A stretch of 53,866 bases of DNA, counting the filler, from Sphacelaria rigidula (lineage: Eukaryota), in the NCBI GenBank assembly GCA_964200075.2. It is 4 parts of 4 records of this genome, joined end to end, with 100 filler letters (N's around TTAATTAATTAA, not from the genome) between each part and the next. Parts side by side here need not be neighbours in the genome. Positions count along the whole stretch, not along the records: positions 1 to 13,393 come from CAXNAA020002912.1; positions 13,494 to 26,886 come from CAXNAA020002913.1; 2 more parts are not named here. One strand, 5' to 3'. Each line of letters begins with the position of its first letter. Positions within the stretch are counted from its first letter, which is position 1. Of this stretch, positions 11,985-25,471 are shown piece by piece. A model generated the notes under the pieces. The model saw only the letters and a list, made by a program, of their open reading frames with translations. It did not search any database and was not told the DNA's origin. The position numbers and the translations under genes are program-made.

Positions 11985-13245
11985 TATCAGATCGGCGAAA
12001 AACCAATCGACCGCACTTTCTCGGTCGAAAATTAAAGTGCTAAGGGCGTGTCTTCTGCCAACTCTAAAGGGAGCCGTTCAAAATTCCTTTCGAAAACTGC
12101 CTTTTGAGCGGCCCTTCCCCGTCGATTTGCGCCCGCAAAGAGGGCTAGACGCACGTTGACGCCTTGGAATGACTTCCTCTACCGGTTGAGACCGTTCTAG
12201 GTCAACTTTGCATTTCCCGCTGGCCGCTCTGTTGTTTTTGGCAAAATGAGGCCAAACACGGATGCTCAGTATAAAGCGGTCAGGTGATCAAAATTCCCCT
12301 CTGTTTTTTTATCGCTTGACCGTCTTTCTTTGTTGAAAACCCGTGTTTGGCCAAAAATGGAAGTGCCACCAGCGGGAAATGCAAAGTTGCCCTGGAACGG
12401 CTTCAATGAGTTGAGCGGGTAATTCCAGGCGTCAATATCCGCCTAACCCTCTCTTCAGGCGAAAAACGACGGAGAAGGGCCAAAAAGGCAGTTTTAATCA
12501 CGAATTTTGAACGACTACCGATAGAGTCGGTCTTAGAACATTGGTTGTCGATCTAACATGTGCGGTTGGAAAAAAAAAAACTGATGTGGTGGGTAGTGAT
12601 TTCAAGCATCTTCACAATTTTCGGCGATGGTTGAAATTACGACCTATCAGATCAGGATTTTTGTTCTCCACCGCACATTTTAGATCGAAAACCACCGTGC
12701 TAAGACACGCCCTACGGCCAACTCTAATGGGAGTCATTCAAAATTCCTCTCGAAAACTGCCTTTTGGGTCCTTCTCCGTCAATTTTCGCCCGAAAAGAGG
12801 GCTAGGCGGATGTTGACGCCTTGGAATGACTTCCTCTACTCGTTGAGACCGTTCTAGGGCAACTGTGCATTTCCCGCTGCTGGCCGCACTTTTGTTTTTG
12901 GCCAAATCAGGCCAAACACGTATCTTCAGCAAAAAATGTCCAGGTGATCAAACCTTCCCCCTGTTTCTTGATCGCTTGACCGTTTTTCATTGAAAATCCG
13001 TGTTTGGCCAAAAATGAAAGGGCCACCAGCGGGAGACGCAAAGTTGCCCTGGCGCGGCCTCAATGAGTAAAGCAAGTCGTTCCAAGGCGTCAATATCCGC
13101 CTAGCCCTCTTTCAGGCGTAAAACGACGATGTAGGGCCAAAAAGGCAGGTTTGAACAGAAATTTTGAACGGCTCTCATTGAAGTCGGTGTAAGACCGACT
13201 CTAATGGGAGCCGTTCAAAATTCCTCTCGAAAACTGCCAATTTGA
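11985..13245. repeat. Concatemeric fold-back array (~660-bp palindromic unit, about 2 copies plus a fragment), related to 6988-8322
   Basis: ccaactcta recurs at ~12058 and ~12718. Symmetry centres lie near 12300, 12620 and 12960. The arms share gacgccttggaatgacttcctctac...gagaccgttc with the first cluster. Confidence 0.8.
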
Positions 13246-13266
13246 CCTAGACAGACTCCAATGCTG

Positions 13267-13393
13267 CCGCGCCCCGGTGGTGTGATGGTCCGACTATCGC
13301 CACTGGGGTGGAGAGGACGGGGGTTCGATTTCCGATGCGTTGGGTTTTTTCTTCGTCATGTATGGTTTCCACCGTGGAAAGCGTGAGAACGTG
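13267..13393 (+). mobile_element. tRNA-derived SINE head, truncated by contig end
   Basis: A-box-like TGGTGTGATGG and B-box-like GGTTCGATTTCC. The 3' sequence gatgcgttgggttttttctt is shared with the copy at 45195-45478. Confidence 0.7.
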
Positions 13394-13493
13394 NNNNNNN
13401 NNNNNNNNNNNNNNNNNNNNNNNNNNNNNNNNNNNNNTTAATTAATTAANNNNNNNNNNNNNNNNNNNNNNNNNNNNNNNNNNNNNNNNNNNN
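13394..13493. other. Artificial contig linker (N-TTAATTAATTAA-N, 100 nt)
   Basis: A six-frame stop spacer inside Ns. Confidence 0.98.
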
Positions 13494-16400
13494 CCCTACT
13501 GCATGCTACATCAGATGTACACTACCTAATGCGCACCCTGCACCTGAAAAAAGATTGGATGAAACTTCGGTCTTCCTCATAACCCTGCGGTTACATGCGC
13601 GGATTTCAGCAACATGAAGCCACTGTTTCGTGCAGACGCCAGACACGTCATTCCTGACCAGCCTTATTGGTCGTTCTGGAGGCCCGGTCCAAAAAACGTT
13701 GAGGGCATGGTTGTTTAAGAAGTGTTTGGCGGCTGTATTGGTGATTACAGCTTTGATTCCTGTGCAGGCGTCACGACATTGTTTGAATGCACAACTCAGT
13801 GTACAGTGAGGAGAGGACGTAGCTCGCGCAAGCCAAGTATTCCCAACGTTGTGAACAAACCTCCTGTTTTAGTTTCACCCTCAACGGCATCGTGTTTGTC
13901 GATTCATGAACAAAAAAATTGAGACGAGTCACGTTTACGGTCGTCGTAATTGTCAGCACTATGCGAAAATGATTTGCCACGATTTCGATTATTTCTGGGC
14001 ATCACTTATGCCATACCGACCTGTAGCAAGGAAGGACATTCCAGCCATGATGAATTCGATCAGAGCGTTGTCGTGCCCGTCGTGCTTTCGAACATTGCCT
14101 TTTCACGTACATCAAACACAGAGGGGCAAATTTGGAACCGTCGAGCTTCTATGTGCCGTAACCGTTTATATATGCCAGTGGTGTGTTTGACACGCTCAAC
14201 CTTATATCATTACATCAGAGTGATTTTCATCAACCGACGTATATGTCAAATATCGATATACTCCTGTGTTGCCGTCTCATACATGTTTTTTTTTTTATTA
14301 TGACTCGAAAATTATGACTTTAGTTATGCTCCAGTCATTTTCACCCATAAGAAATCGACTATTGCTGCGCCTGGACGTTGACAAAAATTGAATCTGAAAT
14401 GATGCCGCCGTCACACAGTGCACCCTTCGCTGTACCTGCCTACCATGAAATCTCGGGGATTTTGGAGGGACCTTGTTTTATCCCGCATTTTTGTTGAAGC
14501 TTTCGGAGCACGGTAAAAATGCGATTGAACATGTTCTTTGGACCCCGAACTGTACAGCCCGACCCTACCCTGGCCGCAGGCAAAACATAGCTTGCAGCTT
14601 AGTTGCCCAGACAGCACACTTTTTGTCATCGGCAACTAGTTCGTGTCGTTGTCACTACTGGTGGCATACCCCAGTTTGTTTTCTCGAAGACTGCTTAGAA
14701 ATTTAGCTGAAATGTTTTGTCGATTACACCAGCAGCAGCTCAAAGTTGGTGTTGTCTTTATATCGGCAGTACATTCGGTACATTCGGTACATTCGGTGAA
14801 GTCAAGATTGTCAATAGTACACAGCCAGTACGTATGGTACACTCGGTAAAACTGCAGCATTTTTGTCTTCCCCAGCAGTACACTCAAACCGTTATAGCTG
14901 CTGGAATACTTGACAGAATGCCGTCAAACCAGGCGTGGCGTTGGCAGCTGGGCAAGAGTCAACCTCGGCACTACTGCGCAAGAGCTATATATTTATGTGT
15001 ATCACGTGTGCTTCCCGAGCACATCACGTTCACAACATGTGTGCGGTGTTTTTCTCGTTCGCTCTGCACGAGACCTACGGCATCTTTCCAAGAAGAACCA
15101 ACACCGCACGGCGAGCGTAATATTTGGTTAGATTCAGAGCTCGTAACATCGTGGTAACGAGGCATAGGTCAAAGGGATGCACAGTTGCTGGTGATTGGAT
15201 CTGTCGTTCAAAGCTGGTCTTGGTCATCGCGGCCTCTTGATTGGGGAGCAATCAACTTTTACCCGCGGTAGACTTCGCACCTATATTTTCATATGTCTCT
15301 TCCAAGACCAAAATAAACTCGGCCCACCAAGTTTCCTCGTAAAAACGGTCTCATTGCAAGAAGCAGTATTTGTGGCGTGTTTTTTGGGTGGCGCGATTCT
15401 GTACAAAAACAGTACCTTTTTGTGGGCAAAAAAAGCGAAGGTGCTTTCTTGTCTAGTCTGAAGTCCTGTTTGTTCACTCAAGTGCGAAAATCACGTCCCA
15501 ATTTTGGTTCAGGACCCCGGCACTGACGTCCGCTATACTGGTGATGTGCCTATCAATTCCCCCGCAGGTAAATGTATGCTTCTTCCGACGGAAACTGCTG
15601 TCAGGAGAGCTTCCTCCAGAAACAAGAAAATGTGAGTGCCAGTTGGTCCCTGACATTACCCGCTCTGTAGAGCTCGTACATGAGACGTGCTCAAATACGG
15701 AAGTGTGACCCCAAATGGTTGAGTCGCCACCTGCTCCCACGGCGTTATCTGCTTTGTTTTGATACGGCCTCCTTACCTGAAGCCGTACGAAAGGGGCCTG
15801 TCGTTGTTTTTTCCTTACTTTATGTTACTCGATCTTATTGGCCTCGCGTTCTTTTTGTTGTTTCCTCTTCTCCTTCCCTTCGTCTTCCTTTTATTTCCTT
15901 TTATTTTCTTTCTCCCTTTTTTCCCTCTCGTTATCAGTTTACTTTCTTCTCTCTTTCTTGTTGATAATCCCCTTCTTGAGTTTCCTTCAGCGAGTGTTTC
16001 CGTTTATAGTAATCACCTCGGATACGTTCATCTTGTCAGCACGACTGGATTATGATTCGCAGCGGATGAATTAATGTTAATGTGCAACAACCAACCAACA
16101 AATCGATTAACAATTGCCTCCCGTTCTATATTACGTCATCGCAGTTCTGCACATCAACACAAACGTGAGCCGGTGTAGTGTGGTCAACATGTATAGGAAA
16201 CACTTGCTACACAGTTATGGGGGTGAATGAGGGCCTCAACGACCGAGAAGTGCGCGGTCAGATTAATAAAATGAGTAACGCGGAGGAATAATGGACAAGT
16301 CATCAGCTGTCCCGAGCTGTTTAGCTGTTCGGAGAAGGACGCACGCTTCGTCCTCTACTCAGTTGGTTATAGTATACGACAACCGCAGTGCTTTCATCGC

Positions 16401-16809
16401 AGTTTTCTCGGCCCAGAAAAGCAAGCCAGCCTGTGGCATTTTACAGCCTCCCGCACACACACAAAAGCTAGTGAATTATATAAAAACTTCGCTCAGATTG
16501 CCACAGCGGACCCAAAAAACCTCAAGAACAGACAAACAAAACGGGCTTTTCAAGTACACTTTGGTACATTTTGGTAGCGTGCAGCGTTTGTGGGATGCGT
16601 GAAGGAAATATCTTACATCCTTCCCTAGTTTGAGTGTGTAGGAAACACACGCAACAAACCCCGGCGCAAACCTCCGCCTGATGCCGAGATCCCGCGTAGA
16701 AAGATCGGCACTTTTCGGGGTCGGCGACAAGCAGCGTACATCGAGCTTCAAGATGGGAAATTCGAGGAAGTGCGGAACTTCGACACGGAAGCAGAAGGCA
16801 AGATCGAAA

Positions 16810-17465
16810 CAGGGACGATGTTTGCCTGTATGTTCTAAAAACTAGATGAAAACAATTCCATTCTAGCCTTGCTTCATTTCCGAGCACATGTCTTCGCTTG
16901 CAGCAAGAAATCTGTGATGACCTTGCATGACCTTGCACGCCCCTAGCTGCTGCTTTGTTCTGTACCGCTGTACACAAAGGGCAATTTCGCGTTGGAAGCC
17001 CGAGTGGTCTATTCACTTTGAGTTGCAGAGAGCGAAATCACATATGAAAGTCGGCTGTTCCGTGTCAGATGGTTCCAGCACAATACCCCGGGCGTCGACA
17101 GCGATTTTTATTTTAGTGATTGCACTGACTTACACCGGCTGGTGACAGCAACGATGATGTTTTTCGTGACTGCCTGTCTGTACTAGAAACTAAATGTAGA
17201 CTGTGCCATTCTCGCCGTGTTTCGTTCCCGAGCAAATTCCCTTTCTTGTAACAAGAAACCTGTGATTGCCTTGCATCACCTTGCACGTCGCCAGCTGCTG
17301 CTTTGTTCTGTGCCGCTGTGCACAAAGGGCGATTCTCGCGTTGGGAGAGCAAATGCTCTACAGACCTTGAGTTGCAGAGAGTGCAATCACAGATGAAAGT
17401 AGACTGTTTTGTGGCAGATGGTTCCAGCATACAATCGAAAAAGTGGAGAGCGATTTTATTGTTCT
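16810..17465 (-). pseudogene. Decayed ORF with two tandem ~116-aa domains of unknown family
   Basis: A ~348-bp duplication. Both copies read KIA...LEPSxTxQxTFICDxxLCNS...QREIALCxQRxRTKQQLxxCKVMQGxHRFL, with many synonymous third-position differences. Stops and a +1 frameshift are present. Confidence 0.65.
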
Positions 17466-19128
17466 TGAAAACATCGGCTGGTCAGGCTGATGATTTTTCC
17501 CCTGACCGCCTAGAGCTGCTGAACGTAAGATACATCATCCGGGCAAACATTGTATTGCTGCTGCTGTGGTGTATGGCGGCCACAACTGCCTCTGTCCGTA
17601 TTTTCGTACGGTGATGTTCGCAAGGGCATTGAACTTGGTGTGATAGGTCATGCGGCGTTTGCTTCCCGAGTGCTGCAGCAACAAACAGCAGCTGCTGTTT
17701 CAGCACTACACTCGTGCAACAAGAGGACCACAATCATTGGAGCAACAGCCTCCACAGACTGATGAACACCGACCACTGAAGAAGTGTACTACTTTTATAG
17801 TACATTACATATGGGCTGGGTCGTTTTTTTGAGGTGACGTGCGTATTTGTGATTGATATGATTGGCTCTATTACGATCCATTTTTTCTGCAGACAGTGGT
17901 CGATGCGCACTTTCCTGAAACATAGTACCCAAACTCGTCCCTCATTCATCCCCAAAACAGTGCGTGTGATAAGTAACAGTATGAAGGGCACTACGCCGTA
18001 CTACTCTGTGATACACAGGAATACCTGGAACATTGTACATCATTGGAAAAAACCCGAATATGAACAGTTGTCGTTTTTTTGTGTGGTTCCTGCGGCATAG
18101 ATTTAAAGATTAATTCGGGGATCAAGATCACGCAGACCATATCTACACCTTTTCCCGCAGACGAACCAAGCTACAGGGGTGGACATTTGCGTAGATAAGT
18201 GGTTCCCGCCACTATATCACGTTCGGGATGGATGTTGAGGCCACAACGGCGGACAGTCACATGCACAGCGGTTTGATAGACAAATATTGAGTAGACGGTA
18301 GATGCGAGTACACAACGGGTGCTGCCAGGAAGAGTCATAGAGCCGCGTGGCATGTGCTTTACACGAGTACGATACTGCAGTACAGTTCAGGAAAGTACAG
18401 TACAGTACAGTACAGAACATCGCCCCACCCCCGCCCTCGCCGGAAGATAGTACAGTGCAGCGTCCCACCGTAAATGCGTTTCAGATGTGAGGTGAGGTCC
18501 AACTGATGAGATGCTTTGCAGGATTCGGTGGTGAAGATATCGCGTCTTGCCGTTGACGTCAATATATGAATAGCCCACCTACCGCGATCACACTCGGACC
18601 TCACCTACGACTGCAAGTGCACGGACATCAGCTTCTTACCCTGAGGGTTCGCGGAACGTGAGATAGGTCTCGCGTATTAGAGTTGGACCAGTCTTGTTAT
18701 AGACACACTGGGACGTGAAGTGCACTGAGGGACGGGGACCGAAGTGGGACCCCACTAATCCAGGAAGAAATATTACGACGACCCCGGATACAGGTGGACA
18801 ATGGCGGTTCAAGGCGGTCGAGTCTTCGGCTTGCAAGTAGGCGTATCGGTCATGGAAAGAGGTAGTAGTCACACAAGAGTGATTTACACCAATGCGATTC
18901 ACACTGCCTCTGTCAGCACCAACTGTAATAGTCGTAGCCCTGTGTTGCACAAAGCGAAAGCAGAAAGTATGCTGTCTTGCACTGGATACCGTGGGATGCA
19001 GCGCTGTACTGGGTGCATCAAATGATAGAAAGTACGCAGTCCTTGCTCATGCCGCCCACAGTACAGGATAGTGCAGTACCATTTCGCACAGAGGGGAAGC
19101 TTAAACAGTGCTCTCATTGCCTGCAGAT

Positions 19129-19266
19129 CACACCCTGGACAAAAGATCATATTGTCAACAAATTTACTGCGTGTAGTATGGGATATATTGTCTATTGCAA
19201 TATTCGCAAAAGCCCATACTACACGCAGTACAGGTTTTGGCAGTGTAATCTATTGTCCAGGGTGTG
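19129..19266. mobile_element. ~138-bp palindromic MITE (TIR CACACCCTGGACAA)
   Basis: Near-complete hairpin; second copy at 20118-20256. Confidence 0.75.
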
Positions 19267-20117
19267 CTGCAGATTGGCACGATTCATGTATCATGCTCGT
19301 ATCTTACGCAGCCGTACTGTAATTACTGTACTGTCTGTTGTTTTGAGAATTTGCGGCGGATTTTCCGTTCTTGAACACCCATGACTAGACCGTTTCTTCG
19401 CATGCATGCTGCTGGTAAAACCGTTCAAACGCGCCCGCTCGTTTCTTCAGCCATGTTTTCCCATGCATGTGTCACACAGCCGACACATCACTACGTCGTC
19501 GTTTGACGGGCGCACACAGAAAAGCGGACTCAAGCGTTATTACAAAATTCCCCGTTCACGCCGGCCAGCAATTTTGTCTCATGTGAACAGCAGCAAGAGA
19601 ACGCGCCCTCGATACTTCTCTTGGGATACCAAGCAAAATGTTCGGTCAATTGAATATCACTTTCCGATTGAAGCGCACCTTCGGGAGCGCTGCTACATCA
19701 TGCCCACAGTACAGTGTAGTGCCCTGCAAGACATGGGTAGGGCGGGGAGAAACCGACAGCTGCTATAGAGTAAACGACAAATAGTCTTCCCAGGGCTGGT
19801 GTGTAACAGGCGAAATGTTCTAGGTTGATCCCTGACAAAAGGCTTGTCCGAGTTTTGGGGAAGACAGTACAGAATAGCCTCGAACATAATACCTACCCTG
19901 TTGGGAGCATGCCTGACCAACGCTACATTTACAGCTTGTGAGGAGGTTTGTTGACTGTACGATCTTCGTGGTCTCTCAGGCTGTAGCGTCATGTGCTCTT
20001 TGAGTTCTGGTTTGCATGCATGAATTGCGTTCGTGATGCTAGGTAGTATCACATGCCCGCGGGGTAACCTGAGACGATATTTGCAGTCGTGCAATGCATG
20101 ACCTATGTCCTTTTTTG

Positions 20118-20256
20118 CACACCCTGGACAATAGATTATATTGTCAAAAAATGTACTGCGTACAGTTTGGAATTTATTGCCTATTGCAATAGGCGCAATA
20201 GTCAATACTGTACGCAGTACACTTCCTCGACTGTGTATTCTATTGTCCAGGGTATG
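20118..20256. mobile_element. ~139-bp palindromic MITE, second copy
   Basis: cacaccctggacaataga...tctattgtccagggtatg. Confidence 0.75.
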
Positions 20257-23200
20257 CTTTTTTGCCTTGAAGGCGAGATGCGCGTGACATTATCCACAAT
20301 CATTCCCTCACCGATGAAGATATACTTTGCGGGTGTTTGGTATGCTCTAGGTCACGGTGTATCAACATTCGTCGGGTGCGCGTTACGCCGTTGGAAAGCT
20401 GAGAACTCGAACGTGCATATGAGGTAGCGGTCAACTTCGAACCAAGATGTGGATCAAGCTACAGAACTGCAGTAGCCTGTTTATTTGGACCACGCAGACG
20501 TTCTTAAGAATCTAGACCCAACCCCAACATGATGATTAAACCCCTAAAGAAAAGGCAGCCCGGCTACCGTCTGAAACGCTGTGAACACTTGCAACTTGAA
20601 GCAGCGAGAGTAATACTTGTAGTGCAGGCAAGTAAAGCGCCACTGGAGAAATACCATGATGAAGGCCATCATAATCGCAGGCCCACCTGCTATATCTATA
20701 TTTAGCCGGTATTTGCAATATATGCTGCCGTTGAAGCGACCTCACAGGATCTGCACGGCAAGATACACCAACCGACACAGAACCTGTCACAGGAGTAGGC
20801 GAGTAATGTGTCATAAATTAACGACAGAGACAAGTCGTACGCCCAAAGTCACACACAGTACTTCATGCTTCAAGAAAAATTGCATACTGACAGGACTGCG
20901 TTTTTTATTCTTCCTTTCGCGAGCATTCTTTGACTGCTTCCTGAGATACTGCCAGCCCGAGGTCGTGTTTCGAACCAAATTTCGCAGGATGCCAGCGGGT
21001 CCGTTCATAGAATCCACGCAGATGTGGGTTTAGAAAATGAGGGAGAAATAGACAAAGACAATCCCGATGAAGCGGTTCGAAACTTCTCGATATTACAATA
21101 GTAATACTTGATAGAACACATCAACAGTTTTAACACAACCTTCAGTCGAGGGTGGTGGGATGTGCCACAACTCATTCGAATCCTACTCTGATTCCAACTG
21201 TTTTTAACGCATTCCCACTTCAGGCAGTTTGCTCCCACAGTTCCAACAATTTTCATCACACTCAAGTTCCCAGTGTGTTTCACTAGCGTCGCAAATACTT
21301 CACGCAGTTTTCCCTCACACTCTGCTCCAAGTGAACACCCACACTGCTCCCCCAAAAATATGTTTTACGTATACTGTGTAAGGGTGCACGAATTTCGACT
21401 TGTTCATTGAAGCCGTACAGAACCCGGCTCGCGATACAACTGAAGGCAAACGGTGCGGAAGAAATGTGAGGGGTCTCAGAGAGAAGAACTCCTCTGCTTT
21501 ATCCCGGCCCTATTCCCCCAAAGACCAAAGAGGGTAAGAAGAGGAACACAACTAGGTGTACACTACGCCGTCCACGATCAGGAGGTATTGAAAAGCTGTT
21601 TTGAGGTCGTCGGTCATAGCGAATGTGTCGCCTTCGGCGATGCGCTTCACGCTGATTGATACAGGCGCGGAAGCCCCTGCACCAGCGGAGCAGTTTTGCA
21701 AAACAGATTCCCGCGACATGGTGCAGCGGAGGTGTTGATACGACGGTCTCCCCGCCGGCCGCTTGGTGTCAGCGCAGCAGCGAATTTTATCACCTACGCG
21801 TACGCTGCCGCATGTCTACACACAAGCTGTGCCCTCTTTGGATCTTTGGTTGTGCCGTGCGTTCCAACCGCCGTGCACATGAGCTGTCCCATGTTTGGAT
21901 TTTTGGTTGTGCCGCGCGTTTCAGCATTTCAGCATTTCAGCGTTTCAACGTGTCAACACATATTTACCAGCCAGCCGTCCCTTCTTTGATTCTTGGGTTG
22001 TGCTGCGTGTTTCAAATTGTTGTGAAATCGGTTTTACCGAGTGCGACCTCCATGGTTGGTGGTCGAGCGGTTCAAAAGTGACGTGGCTGATGCTCGGGCT
22101 ATTCAGAAGTGACGCGTCGACCGACTTTCAGAGCGTTCTGAAGTAGTCAGAAGGGGGCATTATGTTACAGACCAGTACTTAAGTTGGCATGGGTGCTTCA
22201 CAAAACGCTGTGGCAACGCGACTTCAGGCAACGAGAGATAAGCACAGCATATGGCGTGACTTCATGCAAACAAACGATCGCCTGTGCATCAGTTCGTCAT
22301 TATTTGAATGGCTTCGGAATATCCCAAATTATAGTTAGGTTGGTGGGATCTCACCGGTGATTAGCATACCTGGAGATCGAATCCGAGCGGTAGCTTGAAA
22401 CATCACTCCCGGTTGGAGGCACCATGTTATGGACAAATCGCTGTATCTATTTGATCTCGGCATGAACGCTGTAGAAACGCGACTTCCGGTAAACGAGAAA
22501 TAAACACAGCATGCGCCGACTTGATCTCAAGCGAACAGCAATTGACGCGGCACCACTTCGTTTTCATTTTAATATTACGCAGACAGTACACTGTTTCATA
22601 GTATCCACGGTCCATCAGGTTAGATCTTACCGATGTGCAGCAACAGAGCATGCGTCACTCAAGTGCGGCATCCAGCAACAGGGATGATGAATCCATGCGC
22701 AGAACAGCAAGTTCTGCACATCAGCTTTAAGGCGATAATTTTCTTCTTCGTATTGGTGGTGTTGAGAAGTCAATCAAGCTTCGATATTGCTTCGATCTCT
22801 CAAGAGTATATAAACACCCGGGTTTCACGCAAGTTGATTATGTTCCGAAAACGAGTGGAATCAAACCGCGTGTTGTAGAGGCATGTTCGTAACCGTCGTG
22901 AACGGATACAAATACCGTCCACCCCTGACCGGGCCGCTCACCGGCAGCCATTCGATCAGCCCTCCGGGTTCGCTAGTCGAATAGCTAGCCCATCCTCACC
23001 ATTACCCCGCGATCCATGACAAGAGTTCTGGTCAAAGGAGGGAAAACTGATGAACAATATGGGGATATAACATAAACTTAGTAGACATGCGGGGGTATAC
23101 CCCCAATTTGTGGACAAAAGTGGGTATTTGGTGACACCTTCCAGCTTCGCGGCACTCTTACTCGTAGCGCCCAAAGTGTACCCGAAACTGAGAAACAGCT

Positions 23201-25471
23201 GTCCATACTCTGCATGGACTCTGGGCGCAATTCCAGCGAATGAGAATCGAATTTGAGGCAGGTTGGGGCATGCGTAGGCATGCCGCATGAACCTCTTCTC
23301 GTTATACCACCTCCTGGCTGAAAAGCGGGTGGATGGGTTTTCGAACTGGACCAGCCAAGAAACCGCATTCCTTCGGCACACGATAATTTCGCCAGTTTCC
23401 CGAATCAGCCCGATGTTAGCATATCATTTTGAACTGCAGACCAACTTACTGATGACGTGCTGTGTCGCTGTTTGATCGACGCAGTTTTGGCGATTATGCC
23501 TTTTAGTACAATGTGCGTCCCAACTAGTCTATTCTTCACATTGTGCTTTTACTCTACGTGTGTTTATTTTCTTGTAGACCTTTCTTCTGTAGCTGCGATC
23601 GCGAACCCGTTGTTCTACAACGCATGAAATACGCTGCCCCATGTGAAGGATTTTGAAGCAAACATTCACATGGACCTCCTACACGTCAGTTTCCAACGCT
23701 TGGCTGGACATCCCAAAGAGCATTGTGTCTCGTTGAGGTATGTGAGTTCCAATTTTGTCAGATTTTGAGTTGTCTATAATTTGACGGGTTTACCTCTTTT
23801 TTGTGTCACGACCCGCGTATTGATGATGTGAATCTCATATCAAGATTTTAGTTCATGACACCTAGCTAGACAAGAGCCCTGCAAAGTTGGTCGGACGAAA
23901 ACGCCGCCCTTGCTTGGCCCTATCTGTAAATCCTATTGTTCAATAGTACCCACGATCGCAAATGCGGCCATTACAAAGTCAGAGGCACGCCCCAATTTAA
24001 GGAACTTCGAGCCGAAGTTATACGAGAACCTCCTGCACGCATGCTGAAAGTTCATCAAGAAAGTTGTCAGAGAGCTTCATGGAGTTTTGACAGTCTCTTT
24101 TTTTCAGTAATTGCAAATCACGCTATTTTTTTTTTTTCAATTTTCGTCACTTTCCACGTATTGATGTGTGGTATTGGTGTGTTATGATATTAATCTCGCG
24201 TCAAAATTTCAGTTCCTAACTCCTAAAGGTAAGCCGTTCAAAATGTTTCAAACCTCAAAAGTGTTTCTTGGCTGGCTCAGCCCTTGCCCAATTAGCACCT
24301 CTTCACATGCTAAATGCTAATTCGTACTCAGTTCAAGGGCATTGTTCTCATGTGGAGTCCATTGTCCTCGTGTGGGTCCTCTTCACTATCGATGTCAGTC
24401 ACGGACTGAACTGTTAAATATTTCGTGAATGATTCCGTCCCCTTCTTTCACGCCGCCGTCGTCGTTATCGCCCGTTGCCGTCGTTGCTGTCTTGGCATCT
24501 CGTATATGCAGGGGTTACCATGTCCCTTGCCGCAGCCGGAGTTTCGACTGCTGTTTGTATTTTATGGGTGGTCCTCTTCCAAGTGTCTTGGAAGTCTTGG
24601 AGTTGGAGCAGTAGATTCATGGTGTCGATGCCAGACGAAGACATGTCTGGATGGTGATGAAATGCACGGCATTGACGATATGCGCACACGTTTGTTTTAT
24701 CAAGTTGTACTTGTGATGGAAATTTGGGCGCGCAAGAAGGGAATAACGTTAAGATCATCAGGGACACTTGATTTTCGCCCCGGGACAAGGGCACACACGA
24801 AAAAATCAAAACAGCACTAATCGGTGATCTGCGAAATTATAACAAACACCTATGAGAAGAACGAAGGGAGCAAGAGATAACAGTAATGTTTCATCGTATG
24901 TAGGTAGCCAGCTGTAAGTGATATCATCTTCCTGGACCCTAATGGACACTGTGCTGTTGCCAGCTGACTGGAAGGCGTAAATATGTGGGAAGATATGACA
25001 TCTCGAGACTTTTCAGAGTTTTGCAACATATGCAAGTGTATCATTCCCAGCGCCAGTTGACATCAGTGCTTCAGGGACCGGAACGAAAAGCTGATGTTAA
25101 GTGGTTAAAATGAAAATGTTATAGCAATGACTCCAATCAAAGACCAAAAATGCTGTATAGAAGTAGGAAATATGATTCCTCACGATAAGGCAATAAGAAG
25201 TAGCAATACTCCTGACCAATAAACGACGGTGATTGCTGTGAACGACTCCTTGCGAAGGGTTGCCGCGCCCTCTGTAAATGCGTAAGTTGACGGGCGTCCG
25301 AAAAAGATTGCATACCCTATCCAACCTAGCTGGAGGGCTTGGAGATGCGGTAGTGTGTGTCTGTGTGTGTGCGAGTGCTGTCATCCCATCTATTCTGGAC
25401 GCCAGTCTACACCTTCCTGTATACATGGGTGCATCAGCCAGGGTCACACAGAAGCAAGGCCACTATATCAG

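Noticed and set aside
11985-13245. Retrozyme or viroid-like element
   Set aside because: No hammerhead core was recognised by eye (only CTGATGT), and arm mismatches are not biased to G-U on one strand. Kept only as a test to run.
13267-13345. Functional tRNA genes here, at ~25595-25666 and at ~45398-45478
   Set aside because: A and B boxes are present but there is no complete cloverleaf or acceptor stem. Shared or extended 3' bodies indicate SINEs.
13438-13449. TTAATTAATTAA as a biological motif
   Set aside because: It is an assembly spacer embedded in Ns at all three joins.
23586-23738. Exon-like AG...GT segment
   Set aside because: There are stops in all three frames and no partner exons were found.
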